From an uncultured delta proteobacterium (GTDB taxonomy: Bacteria > Myxococcota > Myxococcia > SLRQ01), in the NCBI GenBank assembly GCA_963727485.1, contig CAVSGM010000001.1, positions 992,001 through 1,056,000 on the forward strand: a stretch of 64,000 bases of DNA, in the 5' to 3' direction. Positions 1-9,144 of this stretch are shown piece by piece; the first letter of the stretch is position 1; each line of letters begins with the position of its first letter. The notes under the pieces are model-generated. The model saw only the letters and a program-made list of their open reading frames with translations, made no database searches and was not told the origin of the DNA. Both the position numbers and the translations under genes were made by a program.

Positions 1-539
1 CAGCCGTCCCCGTCCTGCGTGGCCCGGCAGGCCATGGCGCCGACGTCCGAGCCCGCCTCGGCCTCGGTGAGGGCGAAGGCGGCGAGCTGCTCGCCCCGGG
101 CCACCGCCGGGAGCACCGAGCGCTTCTGGGCCTCGGTGCCGAAGCGGGTGACCGGCCAGGTGCCGAGGCCCTGCATGGCGAAGGTGGTGTCGGCCAGCCC
201 GCTGGCCCAGGCGAGGTGCTCCCGGGCGAGGCACAGGGACCTCACGTCGAGGTCGTCGGGGCGGCCCACGGCCACACCGCCGAAGGCCTCGGGGACCGCG
301 AGGCCCAGGACCCCGGCGCCGGCGAGGGTCCGGGCGAGGGCCCGGGCCCGGTCTCCGGCGGGCTCGGGAGCGGGGTGCCCGTCGGCGAGCGCCGCGGCCT
401 CGGCCCGGGCGTGGGCGTCCTCCGCCGGGGCGAGGGTCTCCACCGAGAGGCGGCGGAGGACCTCGGCGAGGGCCCGGTGGCGGTCCTCGAAGAGGAAGGG
501 CAGGGCCTCGGGAGGCGTCGGGCGCAGGTCCAGGGCCAT
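1..539 (-). CDS. Acyl-CoA dehydrogenase (3' part outside window)
   Basis: Manual translation from ATG at 539: MALDLRPTPPEALPFLFEDRH...FAMQGLGTWPV...AAFALTEAEAGSDVGAM; FALTE..AGSD is the ACAD signature. Confidence 0.9.
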   Translation of the reverse strand, partial: MALDLRPTPPEALPFLFEDRHRALAEVLRRLSVETLAPAEDAHARAEAAALADGHPAPEPAGDRARALARTLAGAGVLGLAVPEAFGGVAVGRPDDLDVRSLCLAREHLAWASGLADTTFAMQGLGTWPVTRFGTEAQKRSVLPAVARGEQLAAFALTEAEAGSDVGAMACRATQDGDG

Positions 540-785
540 GGCGCGGCCAGGAGACCACGGTGGGCAGGCGTTGTCGACGGCGCGCCCGGCGTCGCGGGGG
601 CGCAGGGATGGCGCGGCGCCCAGCGAGGCGACACGTCTGATCCAGGCTGACCGCTCCGAGGACAGGGCCCTGGCCTGGCTTCGGACAGAAATGCGTAACG
701 TGGTGTTACTCCCTTACCTGGACTGCATTATCCAAGTAGCTGGAATTCATATGGAATCCAGCGAAGCGCCGTGACCAGCCTGGGG

Positions 786-801
786 TGGCACCCCCACTGC
801 A
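786..801 (+). promoter_or_regulatory. Sigma54-type -24/-12 promoter of the GH25 gene
   Basis: TGGCACCCCCACTGCA, with GG and GC exactly 10 nt apart, just upstream of ATG 814. Confidence 0.55.
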
Positions 802-813
802 CTCTCCCAGGGC

Positions 814-3507
814 ATGCGCACCCGGACCCCCCTCCTCGCCCTCGTCGCCGCCGTCGCCGTCGCCTCCTGTGGCGGCGGGAAGCTCACCCAGAGCGGCACC
901 ACGCCCATCGACTTCCCCGAAGGCCAGGCGCTGCAGTTCTCCGGCGACCCGGCCCACAACGCGGTCTTCGGCGTGGACCTGTCGGTGTACACGGGCCCCA
1001 TCGACCAGTCCGAGGTCGACTGCCTCTGGGACTCGGGGGTGCGCCACGTCATCGTCGGGACCCAGAACCCCGAGCTCTCGGCCCAGCAGCTCGACATGGC
1101 GGTGCGCGAGGGGATGACCGTCGACGAGTACGTCTACGTCTACTGGGGCCGGGACATGCAGACCCAGGTCCAGACCGCCCTCGACCTGGCGCAGGGGCGG
1201 CCGGTGGGGCGCATCTGGCTCGACCTCGAGGACAGCTCCGGGGGCCGGTCCGTGTCCACCCTCAAGGGCCTGGTCCAGCAGGGCCTCGACGCCTGCGGCT
1301 CCATGCCCTGCGACATCTACACCGGGCCGAACTTCTGGAAGACCACCATGGGCGACACCGCGTCGTTCTCGAACGTGGCCCTCTGGTACGCGCGCTACAA
1401 CGGCAAGCGCACCCTCGGCGACTGGCCCACCGAGCACTTCGGCGGCTGGGCCCAGCCCACCGGCAAGCAGTGGAACAGCCAGTACGTCTGCGGCCTCAAC
1501 GCGGACGTCGACACCATCCAGGTCCACCAGCAGCCCCAGAACGTCCACAACGGCAACGTGCCCCCGGACGACGGCCAGCCCCCGGCGGCCCCCACCGGGC
1601 TGTGGCCCTCCGACGGCTCCTCGGTGCACACCAACTACCTGCGGATGATGACCGACGTCACCCCGCGGGCGACCCAGTACCAGTTCGAGCTCCAGTACTG
1701 GAACGGCAGCAGCTGGGCCAAGTACTACACCTGGAGCCGCACCACCGACGCGGTGCGCATCAACCCCTCGCACCCCAACGCCGGCTACCGCTTCCGCGCC
1801 CGGGTGCAGAACAGCCACGGCTGGTCCGGGTGGAGCGGCTGGTCGACCTTCGACTTCGGCCAGGTGATCAACCCGCCGCCCCCGAGCGGTGGGGGCACCG
1901 GTGGCGGCACCGGCGGCACCGGCGGCACGGGTGGCGGCACCGGCGGGACGGGTGGTGGCACCGGTGGGACCGGCGGCGGCACCGGCGGCACCGGCTCCGG
2001 CGGCACCCCCGCCCCGACCACCCCGGGCAACCTCTCGCCTGACGGCACCACCGTCACCGGCAGCTCGGCGACCCTGAACGTCGACAGCGTCGCCAACGCC
2101 TCCCAGTACGAGTTCGACATCGAGTACTGGACCGGCAGCGCCTGGACCGCCTACTACACCTACACCACCAGCGGGCCCACCAAGACCTTCTACCCGGCCT
2201 ACGACACCGACTACCGGTTCCGGGTGCGGGCGGCCAACGCCAGCGGCTGGAGCGACTTCTCGAGCTTCGCCAAGTTCACCTTCTCCAGCGGGAGCGGGTC
2301 GAGCGGCGGGACCGGGAGCGGCGGGACGGGCAGCGGCGGCACGGGCACCGGCGGCACCGGCTCTGGTGGCACGGGCACCGGCGGCACGGGCACCGGCGGC
2401 ACCGGCTCCGGCGGCACCGGCGGCGCCACCGTCCCCGCGACCCCCGGGAACCTCACCCCCGCGGGCACCACGGTCACCGGGTCCGCGGCGACCCTGAACT
2501 GCGACAGCGTGTCCGGCGCCACCCAGTACCAGTTCGACATCCAGTACTGGACCGGCAGCGCCTGGGGCGCCTACTACGCCTACACCACCAGCGGGCCCAC
2601 CAAGACCTTCTACCCGGCCTACGACACCGACTACCGGTTCCGGGTCCGGGCGGCCAACGGCAACGGGTGGAGCGCCTACTCGAGCTACGCGCAGTTCACC
2701 TACAGCACCAGCGGCTCCACCGGTGGCGGCACCGGCTCCGGCGGGACGGGCTCGGGCGGCACCGGCGGCACCGGCGGCACCGGCTCCGGCGGCACCGGCT
2801 CCGGCGGCACCAGCGGCGGGACCACCGTCCCCGGCGTCCCCGGGAACCTCACCCCCAACGGCGGCGCCCAGATCTCCACCGCCTCGGTGACCCTCAACAG
2901 CAACTCGGTCGCCTCCGCCACCCAGTACCAGTTCGACATCGAGTACGTGAGCGGCGGGACCTGGACCTCCTACTACACCTACACCTCCTCGGCCCCCACC
3001 AAGACCTTCTGGCCGGTGAGCGACGCCGACTACCGGTTCCGGGTGCGCGCCGGCAACGGCAACGGCTGGGGCGACTGGTCCGGCTACGCCACCTTCACCT
3101 TCGGGACCCCGAGCGGCGGCAACACCTCGGGCGGCACCACCGGCGGCACCGGGGGCTCCACCGGCGGCGGCACCGGTGGCACCAGCGGCGGCGGCACCGG
3201 GGGCACCACCGGGGGCACCTCCTCCGGCGCCCCGGCCACCCCGACGGGCCTGGCCCCCAACGGCACCACCGAGACCTCGAGCTCGGTGACCATGAGCTGC
3301 GCCTCGGTCTCCGGCGCCACCAGCTACACCTTCGACATCCAGTACGTCCACAGCGGGAGCTGGGCCAGCTACTACACCTACACCACCAGCACCAACTCCA
3401 AGACCTTCTGGCCCCAGGTCACCGGCACCAGCTACCGGTTCCGGGTGAAGGCCACCAACGCCAACGGCGACAGCAGCTGGAGCGGGTGGGCGAGCTTCAG
3501 CTACTAG
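814..3507 (+). CDS. Lipoprotein: GH25 (lysozyme/muramidase-like) domain plus five FN3-like repeats with Gly/Thr/Ser linkers
   Basis: Lipobox-like VAVASC; GVDLSVY, IWLDLED (DxE), IYTG, LWYARY and ADVD GH25 motifs; five copies of ATQYQFDIxY..W..YYTYT..YRFRVRAxNxxGWSxWS. Confidence 0.85.
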   Translation: MRTRTPLLALVAAVAVASCGGGKLTQSGTTPIDFPEGQALQFSGDPAHNAVFGVDLSVYTGPIDQSEVDCLWDSGVRHVIVGTQNPELSAQQLDMAVREGMTVDEYVYVYWGRDMQTQVQTALDLAQGRPVGRIWLDLEDSSGGRSVSTLKGLVQQGLDACGSMPCDIYTGPNFWKTTMGDTASFSNVALWYARYNGKRTLGDWPTEHFGGWAQPTGKQWNSQYVCGLNADVDTIQVHQQPQNVHNGNVPPDDGQPPAAPTGLWPSDGSSVHTNYLRMMTDVTPRATQYQFELQYWNGSSWAKYYTWSRTTDAVRINPSHPNAGYRFRARVQNSHGWSGWSGWSTFDFGQVINPPPPSGGGTGGGTGGTGGTGGGTGGTGGGTGGTGGGTGGTGSGGTPAPTTPGNLSPDGTTVTGSSATLNVDSVANASQYEFDIEYWTGSAWTAYYTYTTSGPTKTFYPAYDTDYRFRVRAANASGWSDFSSFAKFTFSSGSGSSGGTGSGGTGSGGTGTGGTGSGGTGTGGTGTGGTGSGGTGGATVPATPGNLTPAGTTVTGSAATLNCDSVSGATQYQFDIQYWTGSAWGAYYAYTTSGPTKTFYPAYDTDYRFRVRAANGNGWSAYSSYAQFTYSTSGSTGGGTGSGGTGSGGTGGTGGTGSGGTGSGGTSGGTTVPGVPGNLTPNGGAQISTASVTLNSNSVASATQYQFDIEYVSGGTWTSYYTYTSSAPTKTFWPVSDADYRFRVRAGNGNGWGDWSGYATFTFGTPSGGNTSGGTTGGTGGSTGGGTGGTSGGGTGGTTGGTSSGAPATPTGLAPNGTTETSSSVTMSCASVSGATSYTFDIQYVHSGSWASYYTYTTSTNSKTFWPQVTGTSYRFRVKATNANGDSSWSGWASFSY

Positions 3508-3510
3508 GCG

Positions 3511-4626
3511 TCAGTCGGGGACCCGGACCGTCCGCTTGCCCACCAGGTTCATCCGGGTGCGGCGGATGGTCTCGGCCTCGACCACCTCGCCTTTGGCGTA
3601 GCGGAAGCGCAGGGCGCTCTCGGGGCACTGCACCACGCAGGCCCCGCACTGGATGCACTGGTCCGGGCGGGCGATGACCACCTTCCGGCGCTTCCCGTCC
3701 ATCTGGAGCACGTCGCGCGGGCAGACCTGGACGCAGTCGGCGGCGCCGGTGCACTTCTCCTCGACCAGGTCCACCGACGCCGGGTTGTGGAAGGTGTTGA
3801 TGTAGCTGCCGTACCAGGGGGTGGTGCCCTCGAGGTCGGCGCCGAGGATGCCGGCGGCGACGAGGCTGGTGGCCCCGGTCCAGAGGAGGGGACCGGTGGC
3901 GTAGGCGCCGAGGCCCACCAGCACCATGGAGGCGACGCCGAAGCCGAGGAGCGCGAAGGCCCCCAGGGTCGGCCACCGCCAGCCGGGGCCCACCTTCAGC
4001 CAGGGCAGCAGGGCGAAGCAGCCGGCGACCACGGTGAGCAAGGAGGCGGCCGCGGCGGCCATCACCCGCCAGCCCGCCAGGGGCCAGACCCCCAGGGCCA
4101 TGAGGAAGAGGGTCGGCACCCCCCACATCGCCGCCATCTCCATCCGCTCCCAGAGGGGAAAGCGCATCTTGCGCTCGTCCTTGTGCACCCGCCGGCCCCG
4201 GTCGAGGAAGCCCGGGAGATCCTCGAGGCGCGCCGGGCCCCAGCGGGTCTCGAAGCCGGTGGCCTCGGTGATCTTGTGGTGCTCGACGCCGGTGGCCGAG
4301 AGCTGGGGGAGGATGAGCTCCCGGTGGGTCACCTGGTCCGCGAGGCCGGAGGTGCGGATGGCGGAGATGACGTCGTGGTGGGTGAGGTGGCCCCCGCCGG
4401 CGGCGCACCAGACGTTGATGCCCCGGCTGTCGGCCACCAGGACGAAGGCGTCGCGCCCCCGCAGGGCGTCCAAGAGCCGCCGCACGGTGAGGGTGAAGTT
4501 CCCGGTGACGAGGACCGGGGCGTCGGGGCCCGGGTGCCCCACGCGCTTGAGGCCGGTGCGTGCCCGGTGGGGAAGCATGCGCAGGACCGTGTCCCGCACG
4601 TAGGCCGGCAGATCGCGGAGCCTCAT
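3511..4626 (-). CDS. HgcAB-like fusion protein (CdhD/HgcA-type corrinoid domain + TM helices + ferredoxin)
   Basis: PVLVTGNFTLT, cap helix GINVWCAAGGG, LILPQLSATG, WGPAR; hydrophobic middle; C-terminal CTGAADCVQVCP and CIQCGACVVQCP; ATG overlaps the upstream TGA (ATGA). Confidence 0.88.
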   Translation of the reverse strand: MRLRDLPAYVRDTVLRMLPHRARTGLKRVGHPGPDAPVLVTGNFTLTVRRLLDALRGRDAFVLVADSRGINVWCAAGGGHLTHHDVISAIRTSGLADQVTHRELILPQLSATGVEHHKITEATGFETRWGPARLEDLPGFLDRGRRVHKDERKMRFPLWERMEMAAMWGVPTLFLMALGVWPLAGWRVMAAAAASLLTVVAGCFALLPWLKVGPGWRWPTLGAFALLGFGVASMVLVGLGAYATGPLLWTGATSLVAAGILGADLEGTTPWYGSYINTFHNPASVDLVEEKCTGAADCVQVCPRDVLQMDGKRRKVVIARPDQCIQCGACVVQCPESALRFRYAKGEVVEAETIRRTRMNLVGKRTVRVPD

Positions 4627-5285
4627 GACGCGGCCTCCTTCACCCCGTGGACCAGGAGGAAGCTGTCCTCCCAGATCCGGGTCTCGGTGACCGCGGCGAA
4701 GCCGGCGGCGCGCACCGCGTCGGCGAGGCCCTCCACCGGCCGGGTGGTGGTCTGGGTGAGCAGGTAGGTCAGCGCGGTCGAGGGGGCCCGGCGCAGGTGG
4801 TACCAGGCGCGGCGCCCGGCGCTCCGGGGCACCACCTCGTCGGCGATGACCAGCTCGCCGCCGGGCTTGAGGCGGGTGCGGGCGACCTTCAGGGCGTAGG
4901 CCCGCTGCTCGAAGGAGAGCTCGGAGAAGGCGAGGCAGGAGACCACCGCGTCGAAGGTCTCCTCGGGGAACCGGTCCTCGATCTCCGCGGCGGCGAGCTG
5001 GAGGAAGGTGACCTGGCCCTCCCCGGGGACGGGCTTGGCCCGGGCCACCTCGAGCATCCCGGCGTCGAGGTCGATGCCGAAGACCTCGGCGCCCCGGGCG
5101 GCGCAGGCCAGCGACACGCCCCCGGTGCCGCAGCCGATGTCGAGGACCGTGCGTCCCGGGGCGGCGACGGCGCCCGCGAGCCGCCGGTAGACGTCGTCGA
5201 TGCGGCCGCGCGAGAGCCGGGCGATGCCCTGGTCGTAGCGCTCGGGCGCCGACTCCAGGACCTTCATCCACACGAAGCTGCTCAC
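4623..5285 (-). CDS. Class I SAM-dependent methyltransferase (resembles corrinoid-protein-associated CpaM-type)
   Basis: VLDIGCGTG motif I, FDAVVS, LKPGGELVIAD; start and stop both overlap neighbouring genes. Confidence 0.85.
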   Translation of the reverse strand: MSSFVWMKVLESAPERYDQGIARLSRGRIDDVYRRLAGAVAAPGRTVLDIGCGTGGVSLACAARGAEVFGIDLDAGMLEVARAKPVPGEGQVTFLQLAAAEIEDRFPEETFDAVVSCLAFSELSFEQRAYALKVARTRLKPGGELVIADEVVPRSAGRRAWYHLRRAPSTALTYLLTQTTTRPVEGLADAVRAAGFAAVTETRIWEDSFLLVHGVKEAAS

Positions 5286-5890
5286 AGTTCACCTCGGGGG
5301 GCGGCGCCGTCGAGGAAGCTGGTGACGGCGAGGTCGGGGATCTCGTCGAGGGTGGGCCAGGCGCCGCCGCTCCCCCAGTGCTGCACGTAGAGGAGCGAGA
5401 GGGTGCCCACGAAGAGGAGGGCGAGCTGGGGGGTGGGGCGGTCGCCGCGGAGCTCGCCGGCCCGGGCGCCCTCGGCGAGGACCTTCTCCACCCGCATCAG
5501 GTAGGGGCCGAGGTGGGCGACGATCGCGGGGTAGGTCTCGGGGCGGAAGGCCAGCGCCTCGCGGACCACCACCTTCTGGAACGCCTCCTCCTCGCGGATC
5601 ACCGAGACGTCGGCCTCGGCGAGGGCGAGGAGGCGGTCGCGGAGGGGGCCCTGGTCGTCGAGGTCGGCGTAGCGGGCGGCGGCCCGGCGGGCACCCTCGG
5701 CGATGACCTCGAGGAAGAGGCCGGTCTTCCCCTCGAAGTAGTTGTAGACGGTGCCCTTGGCGTAGCCGGCGTCGGTGGAGATGGCGTCGATGCTCGCCCG
5801 CTCCAGGCCGTCGCGGGCGAAGTGGGCGGCGGCGGCCTCGAGGAGGCGGTGGCGGGCTTCGGCCTTGGCGTCGGCGGTGATCCGGGGCAT
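5282..5890 (-). CDS. TetR/AcrR family transcriptional regulator
   Basis: LLEAAAAHFARDGLERASIDAISTDAGYAKGTVYNYFEGK HTH; ATG at 5890. Confidence 0.93.
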   Translation of the reverse strand: MPRITADAKAEARHRLLEAAAAHFARDGLERASIDAISTDAGYAKGTVYNYFEGKTGLFLEVIAEGARRAAARYADLDDQGPLRDRLLALAEADVSVIREEEAFQKVVVREALAFRPETYPAIVAHLGPYLMRVEKVLAEGARAGELRGDRPTPQLALLFVGTLSLLYVQHWGSGGAWPTLDEIPDLAVTSFLDGAAPRGEL

Positions 5891-5905
5891 CTGCGGTGGG
5901 TTCCA

Positions 5906-5933
5906 GAATATGGGTGACTGGTCACCCATATTC
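5906..5933. promoter_or_regulatory. Perfect inverted repeat, likely TetR operator
   Basis: GAATATGGGTGAC-TG-GTCACCCATATTC (13-bp arms, 2-nt spacer), 15 nt upstream of the tetR start. Confidence 0.8.
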
Positions 5934-6065
5934 ATAGCACCGGCGCCCGGAGCGGGCAAGGCCCCTGTGTCCGGGCGCTTGGTGGGGGACAGGCGGGCCC
6001 GTGTCCTCGACACGTCGCCGGCCGCCCGGTAGGGTCGCGGGCCCCTTTCGACCCGGAGCCGACCC

Positions 6066-7881
6066 ATGGCCGATACCGAGTCCCGAAGCCCCCCGAGCGC
6101 CACCGGCGTCGCCGAGGCGATGGTCGGCGAGTACCGCGAGCTCACCCCCGCCGCCTTCATCCTCGGGGTGATCCAGGGCGTGGTGTTGAACCTCGCCTTC
6201 GTCTACGCGGGCCTCAAGCTCGGGTTCACCATCGGCGGGTCCACGGTGGCCGCGATCCTCGGCTACGCCCTTCTTCGTGGAGTCATGAAGAAGGGGACGA
6301 TGATCGAGAACAACATCAACCAGACCATCGCGTCCGGCATCAACACCGCCGGGACGGGGATCATCTTCACCCTCCCGGCGCTGTTCATGCTCAACGCCAA
6401 GTGGGTGAGCGAGGGCCACGCCGGGCTCTCCTTCCACGTGGCGCCGCTGCTCCTCGGGGGCATCGCCGGGGCGCTGCTCGGGGTGGTGCTCATCATCCCC
6501 CTGCGCAAGCAGATGATCGACCTCGACCGTCTGCGCTTCCCCTCGGGGGTCGCCACCGCGGTGATCATCCGCTCGGGCTCGGCGGGCATGGAGAAGGCCA
6601 AGCTCCTCGGGTGGGGCTTCCTCATCGCCGCGGGGTGGAAGCTGCTCCTGGTCTCCGGGTGGATCGACGTCAAGGGCCTCATCGCCGACGAGACGCTCAA
6701 CTACGGCTTCGGGGTGCTGCCGGCGTACATCTGGCCCCTGCTCTCGCTCTCCCTGATGAACATCGCCGCGGGGATGCTCGCCGGCCGCGGGGGGCTGGCG
6801 TTCTTCGTGGGCGGGGCCCTGTCCTGGTGGATCATCTCCCCGGCGGCGGTGCACCTGGGGTGGACGCCGGCGACCCTCCACGGCACGGCGCTGGCCGGGT
6901 TGGATCTACGGCAACATGCTCCGGCCGCTGGGGATCGGCGCCCTCATCGGTGGGGCGCTGATGGGCGTGGTGGTGAGCTTCCCGGCGATCAAGAGCGCCA
7001 TCAAGTCGCTGGCCAGCGCCTCCAAGAGCTCGGGCGCCGGCGCCTCCAAGGCCGGCCAGGACGAGATGCCCCTGTGGGTGCTCATCGTCGGCGGCGTCGC
7101 CGCGGTGGTGCTCTTCTTCGTCGCCTCGATCCTGACCCCGGGGGTCGACCTGACCCAGGCGCTCATCTCCTCGGTCGTGGGCACCATCTGGCTGGGCCTC
7201 GCCGGCCTCATCGTCGCCCAGGCCACGGGGATGACCGACATCTCGCCGATGAGCGGCATGGCGCTGATCTCGGTGACCCTGATGATGTTCCTCCTTGCCG
7301 GGAACATCGCCGCCGCCATGGTGGTGGGCATCGCGGTGAGCGTCGCCATCGGCCAGGGCGCCGACATGATGCAGGACCTCAAGACCGGGTTCATGGTCGG
7401 CGGCCGGCCCATCAAGCAGCAGATCGCCCAGTTCTCGGTGACCTGGATCGGCGCGGTGGTCGCCATGGGCGCCATCTACGTCCTGTGGAAGGGCGGGCCC
7501 GGAGGGGCGAACGGCTTCGGGCCGGGGACCTCGCTCCCGGCGCCGCAGGCCGGGGCGCTGATGGGCATCATCAACGCGGTGAAGAGCGGGCACGTGCCCA
7601 TCGACAAGTACCTGATGGGCGGCGGCATCGGCGCCCTCCTCGGCGCGGCGCCCATGGCGGGGCTGGGGGTGCTCATCGGGCTGGCCATGTACCTGCCCTT
7701 CGACATCACCTTCGGCTACGGCATCGGCGTGGCCCTGGAGATGGCGCTGGAGCGCAAGTACGGCGCCGCCTTCTACGACCAGAAGATCGTCCCCCTGGCG
7801 GCGGGGCTCATCGTCGGCGAGGCGATGATGGGCATCGGCAACGCCGGCTTCCAGATCATCCGCTCACTCCACGGAGGCTGA
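6066..7881 (+). CDS. OPT/YSL family oligopeptide transporter (frameshift near 6900)
   Basis: YAGLKLG, ENNINQTIAS, PLRKQMID..LRFPSGVATA in one frame; ADMMQDLKTG and LPAPQA in ORF 6916..7881. Confidence 0.88.
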
Positions 7882-7885
7882 CCCC

Positions 7886-8449
7886 ATGATGACCAAGATC
7901 GGAGCCGCGCTCTTCGGCCTCGGGGCCATCCTGGGGATCACCGCCGGGGCCAAGGCCCCGCCGCGCATCGGCGCCTTCCCTGACACCGCGGCCTTCTACG
8001 TGGTGTCGCTGGCCGTCGCCATCGTGGGCCTGGTGCTGTGGCGCCGGGGCCGCGCCCAGGTCGGCGACGCCGAGGCCGAGGACCGCGCCCAGGGGAAGAA
8101 GGGCGCCTTCGACCTCCTCGCCGGTGCGGTGCCCGAGGCCCAGAAGCTCGCCGCCGAGCTCGGCGAGCTCGACGCCACCACCATCTGCGACCGGGTGGAG
8201 GCGTTCCTGGTGGAGTGGCTCCTCCCGCTCGCCGAGGTGCGCCAGCGGTTCATCGACCGCCTGGGGATGGCCAAGGGCGCCGAGATCCTGGTGTCGCTGG
8301 CCTACGCCGAGCGCCTGTTCAACCGGGTGTGGTCGGCGGCCGGCGACGGGCACCTCCCCGAGGCGCGCCGGGTGATGCCCGAGGCGGTCGAGGGGCTCGA
8401 GGAGGCGGCCAAGCTCGCCGCGGCGGCGAAGGCACAGCTCGCCGGCTAG
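7886..8449 (+). CDS. Hypothetical membrane protein
   Basis: Two N-terminal hydrophobic segments, GGAGG RBS, directly after the OPT gene. Confidence 0.7.
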   Translation: MMTKIGAALFGLGAILGITAGAKAPPRIGAFPDTAAFYVVSLAVAIVGLVLWRRGRAQVGDAEAEDRAQGKKGAFDLLAGAVPEAQKLAAELGELDATTICDRVEAFLVEWLLPLAEVRQRFIDRLGMAKGAEILVSLAYAERLFNRVWSAAGDGHLPEARRVMPEAVEGLEEAAKLAAAAKAQLAG

Positions 8450-9144
8450 GGGGCGTCGGGTCCGGCGGTGAGCACCAGGTTCGACGGGAGGCCGGCGAAC
8501 CAGTGGCTGCCGATCCGGGCGCGCACCCCGGTTGGCAGGAGCCTCCGCAGCCCCCGCCGGTCGAGGAGGTTCAGGTTCTCCTCCTCGGCGAAGAAGTCGA
8601 AGCCCAGGCGCCGGTAGACCGGGCGATGGATCGCCGGCGGCAGGTAGTGGAGCAGGGGCACCACCGTGTGCAGCTCCACCGGGTACCAGCGATTGGGGGT
8701 GGTGAGGAACACGTTGCGGCCGACCCGGAAGACCTCAGCGACGAAGGCCCGCTGGGCCGCGCGGCTGCCCACGTGCTCCACCACCGCGTTGCAGAACACG
8801 ACGTCGAAGGCTCCGTCCTCGAAGGGCAGGGGCTCCCCCCGGCGCAGCTGCACGTAGCGCGCCTCCGGGAAGCAGCCCTCGAACGAGGCCGGATCCTCGA
8901 GCCCACCGGCGACGACCTGGCTGAGGTGGGGGAAGCGCGACTCGAAGAGGTAGTCCTCGCGCCGCGCGTGGTCGGCGCTCACCCCGAGATCGAGGACCCG
9001 CCAGTCGGGCCTCGGCGGGAAGGCCCGGGCGAAGCGCCGGTAGAGCCGGCCCTGCTCCCGGCGCAGGATCCGCTGCCACACGGCGGCCGGCACCGCCTTG
9101 CGCCGGTAGCGCGCGGTGACGTGGGACGCCGGCTCACTCGTCAC
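8446..9144 (-). CDS. Class I SAM-dependent methyltransferase (Methyltransf_11-like)
   Basis: VLDLGVS, LPFEDGAFDVVFCNAVVEHV, TTPNRW. Confidence 0.8.
   Translation of the reverse strand: MTSEPASHVTARYRRKAVPAAVWQRILRREQGRLYRRFARAFPPRPDWRVLDLGVSADHARREDYLFESRFPHLSQVVAGGLEDPASFEGCFPEARYVQLRRGEPLPFEDGAFDVVFCNAVVEHVGSRAAQRAFVAEVFRVGRNVFLTTPNRWYPVELHTVVPLLHYLPPAIHRPVYRRLGFDFFAEEENLNLLDRRGLRRLLPTGVRARIGSHWFAGLPSNLVLTAGPDAP

Noticed and set aside
1885..3230. GGCGGCACC-type tandem repeats as CRISPR or VNTR
   Set aside because: They are in-frame Gly/Thr/Ser linkers of the GH25 protein, with no repeat-spacer structure and no cas genes
706..3351. Long antisense/shadow ORFs here and elsewhere (e.g. 23786..26542, 58708..60633)
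   Set aside because: Expected in very GC-rich DNA; they overlap well-supported genes and lack motifs
3511..4626. Calling the fusion a bona fide mercury methylase (hgcA/hgcB)
   Set aside because: Fused architecture, GGG instead of GKG after the cap helix and no C-terminal Cys tail; activity cannot be inferred from sequence
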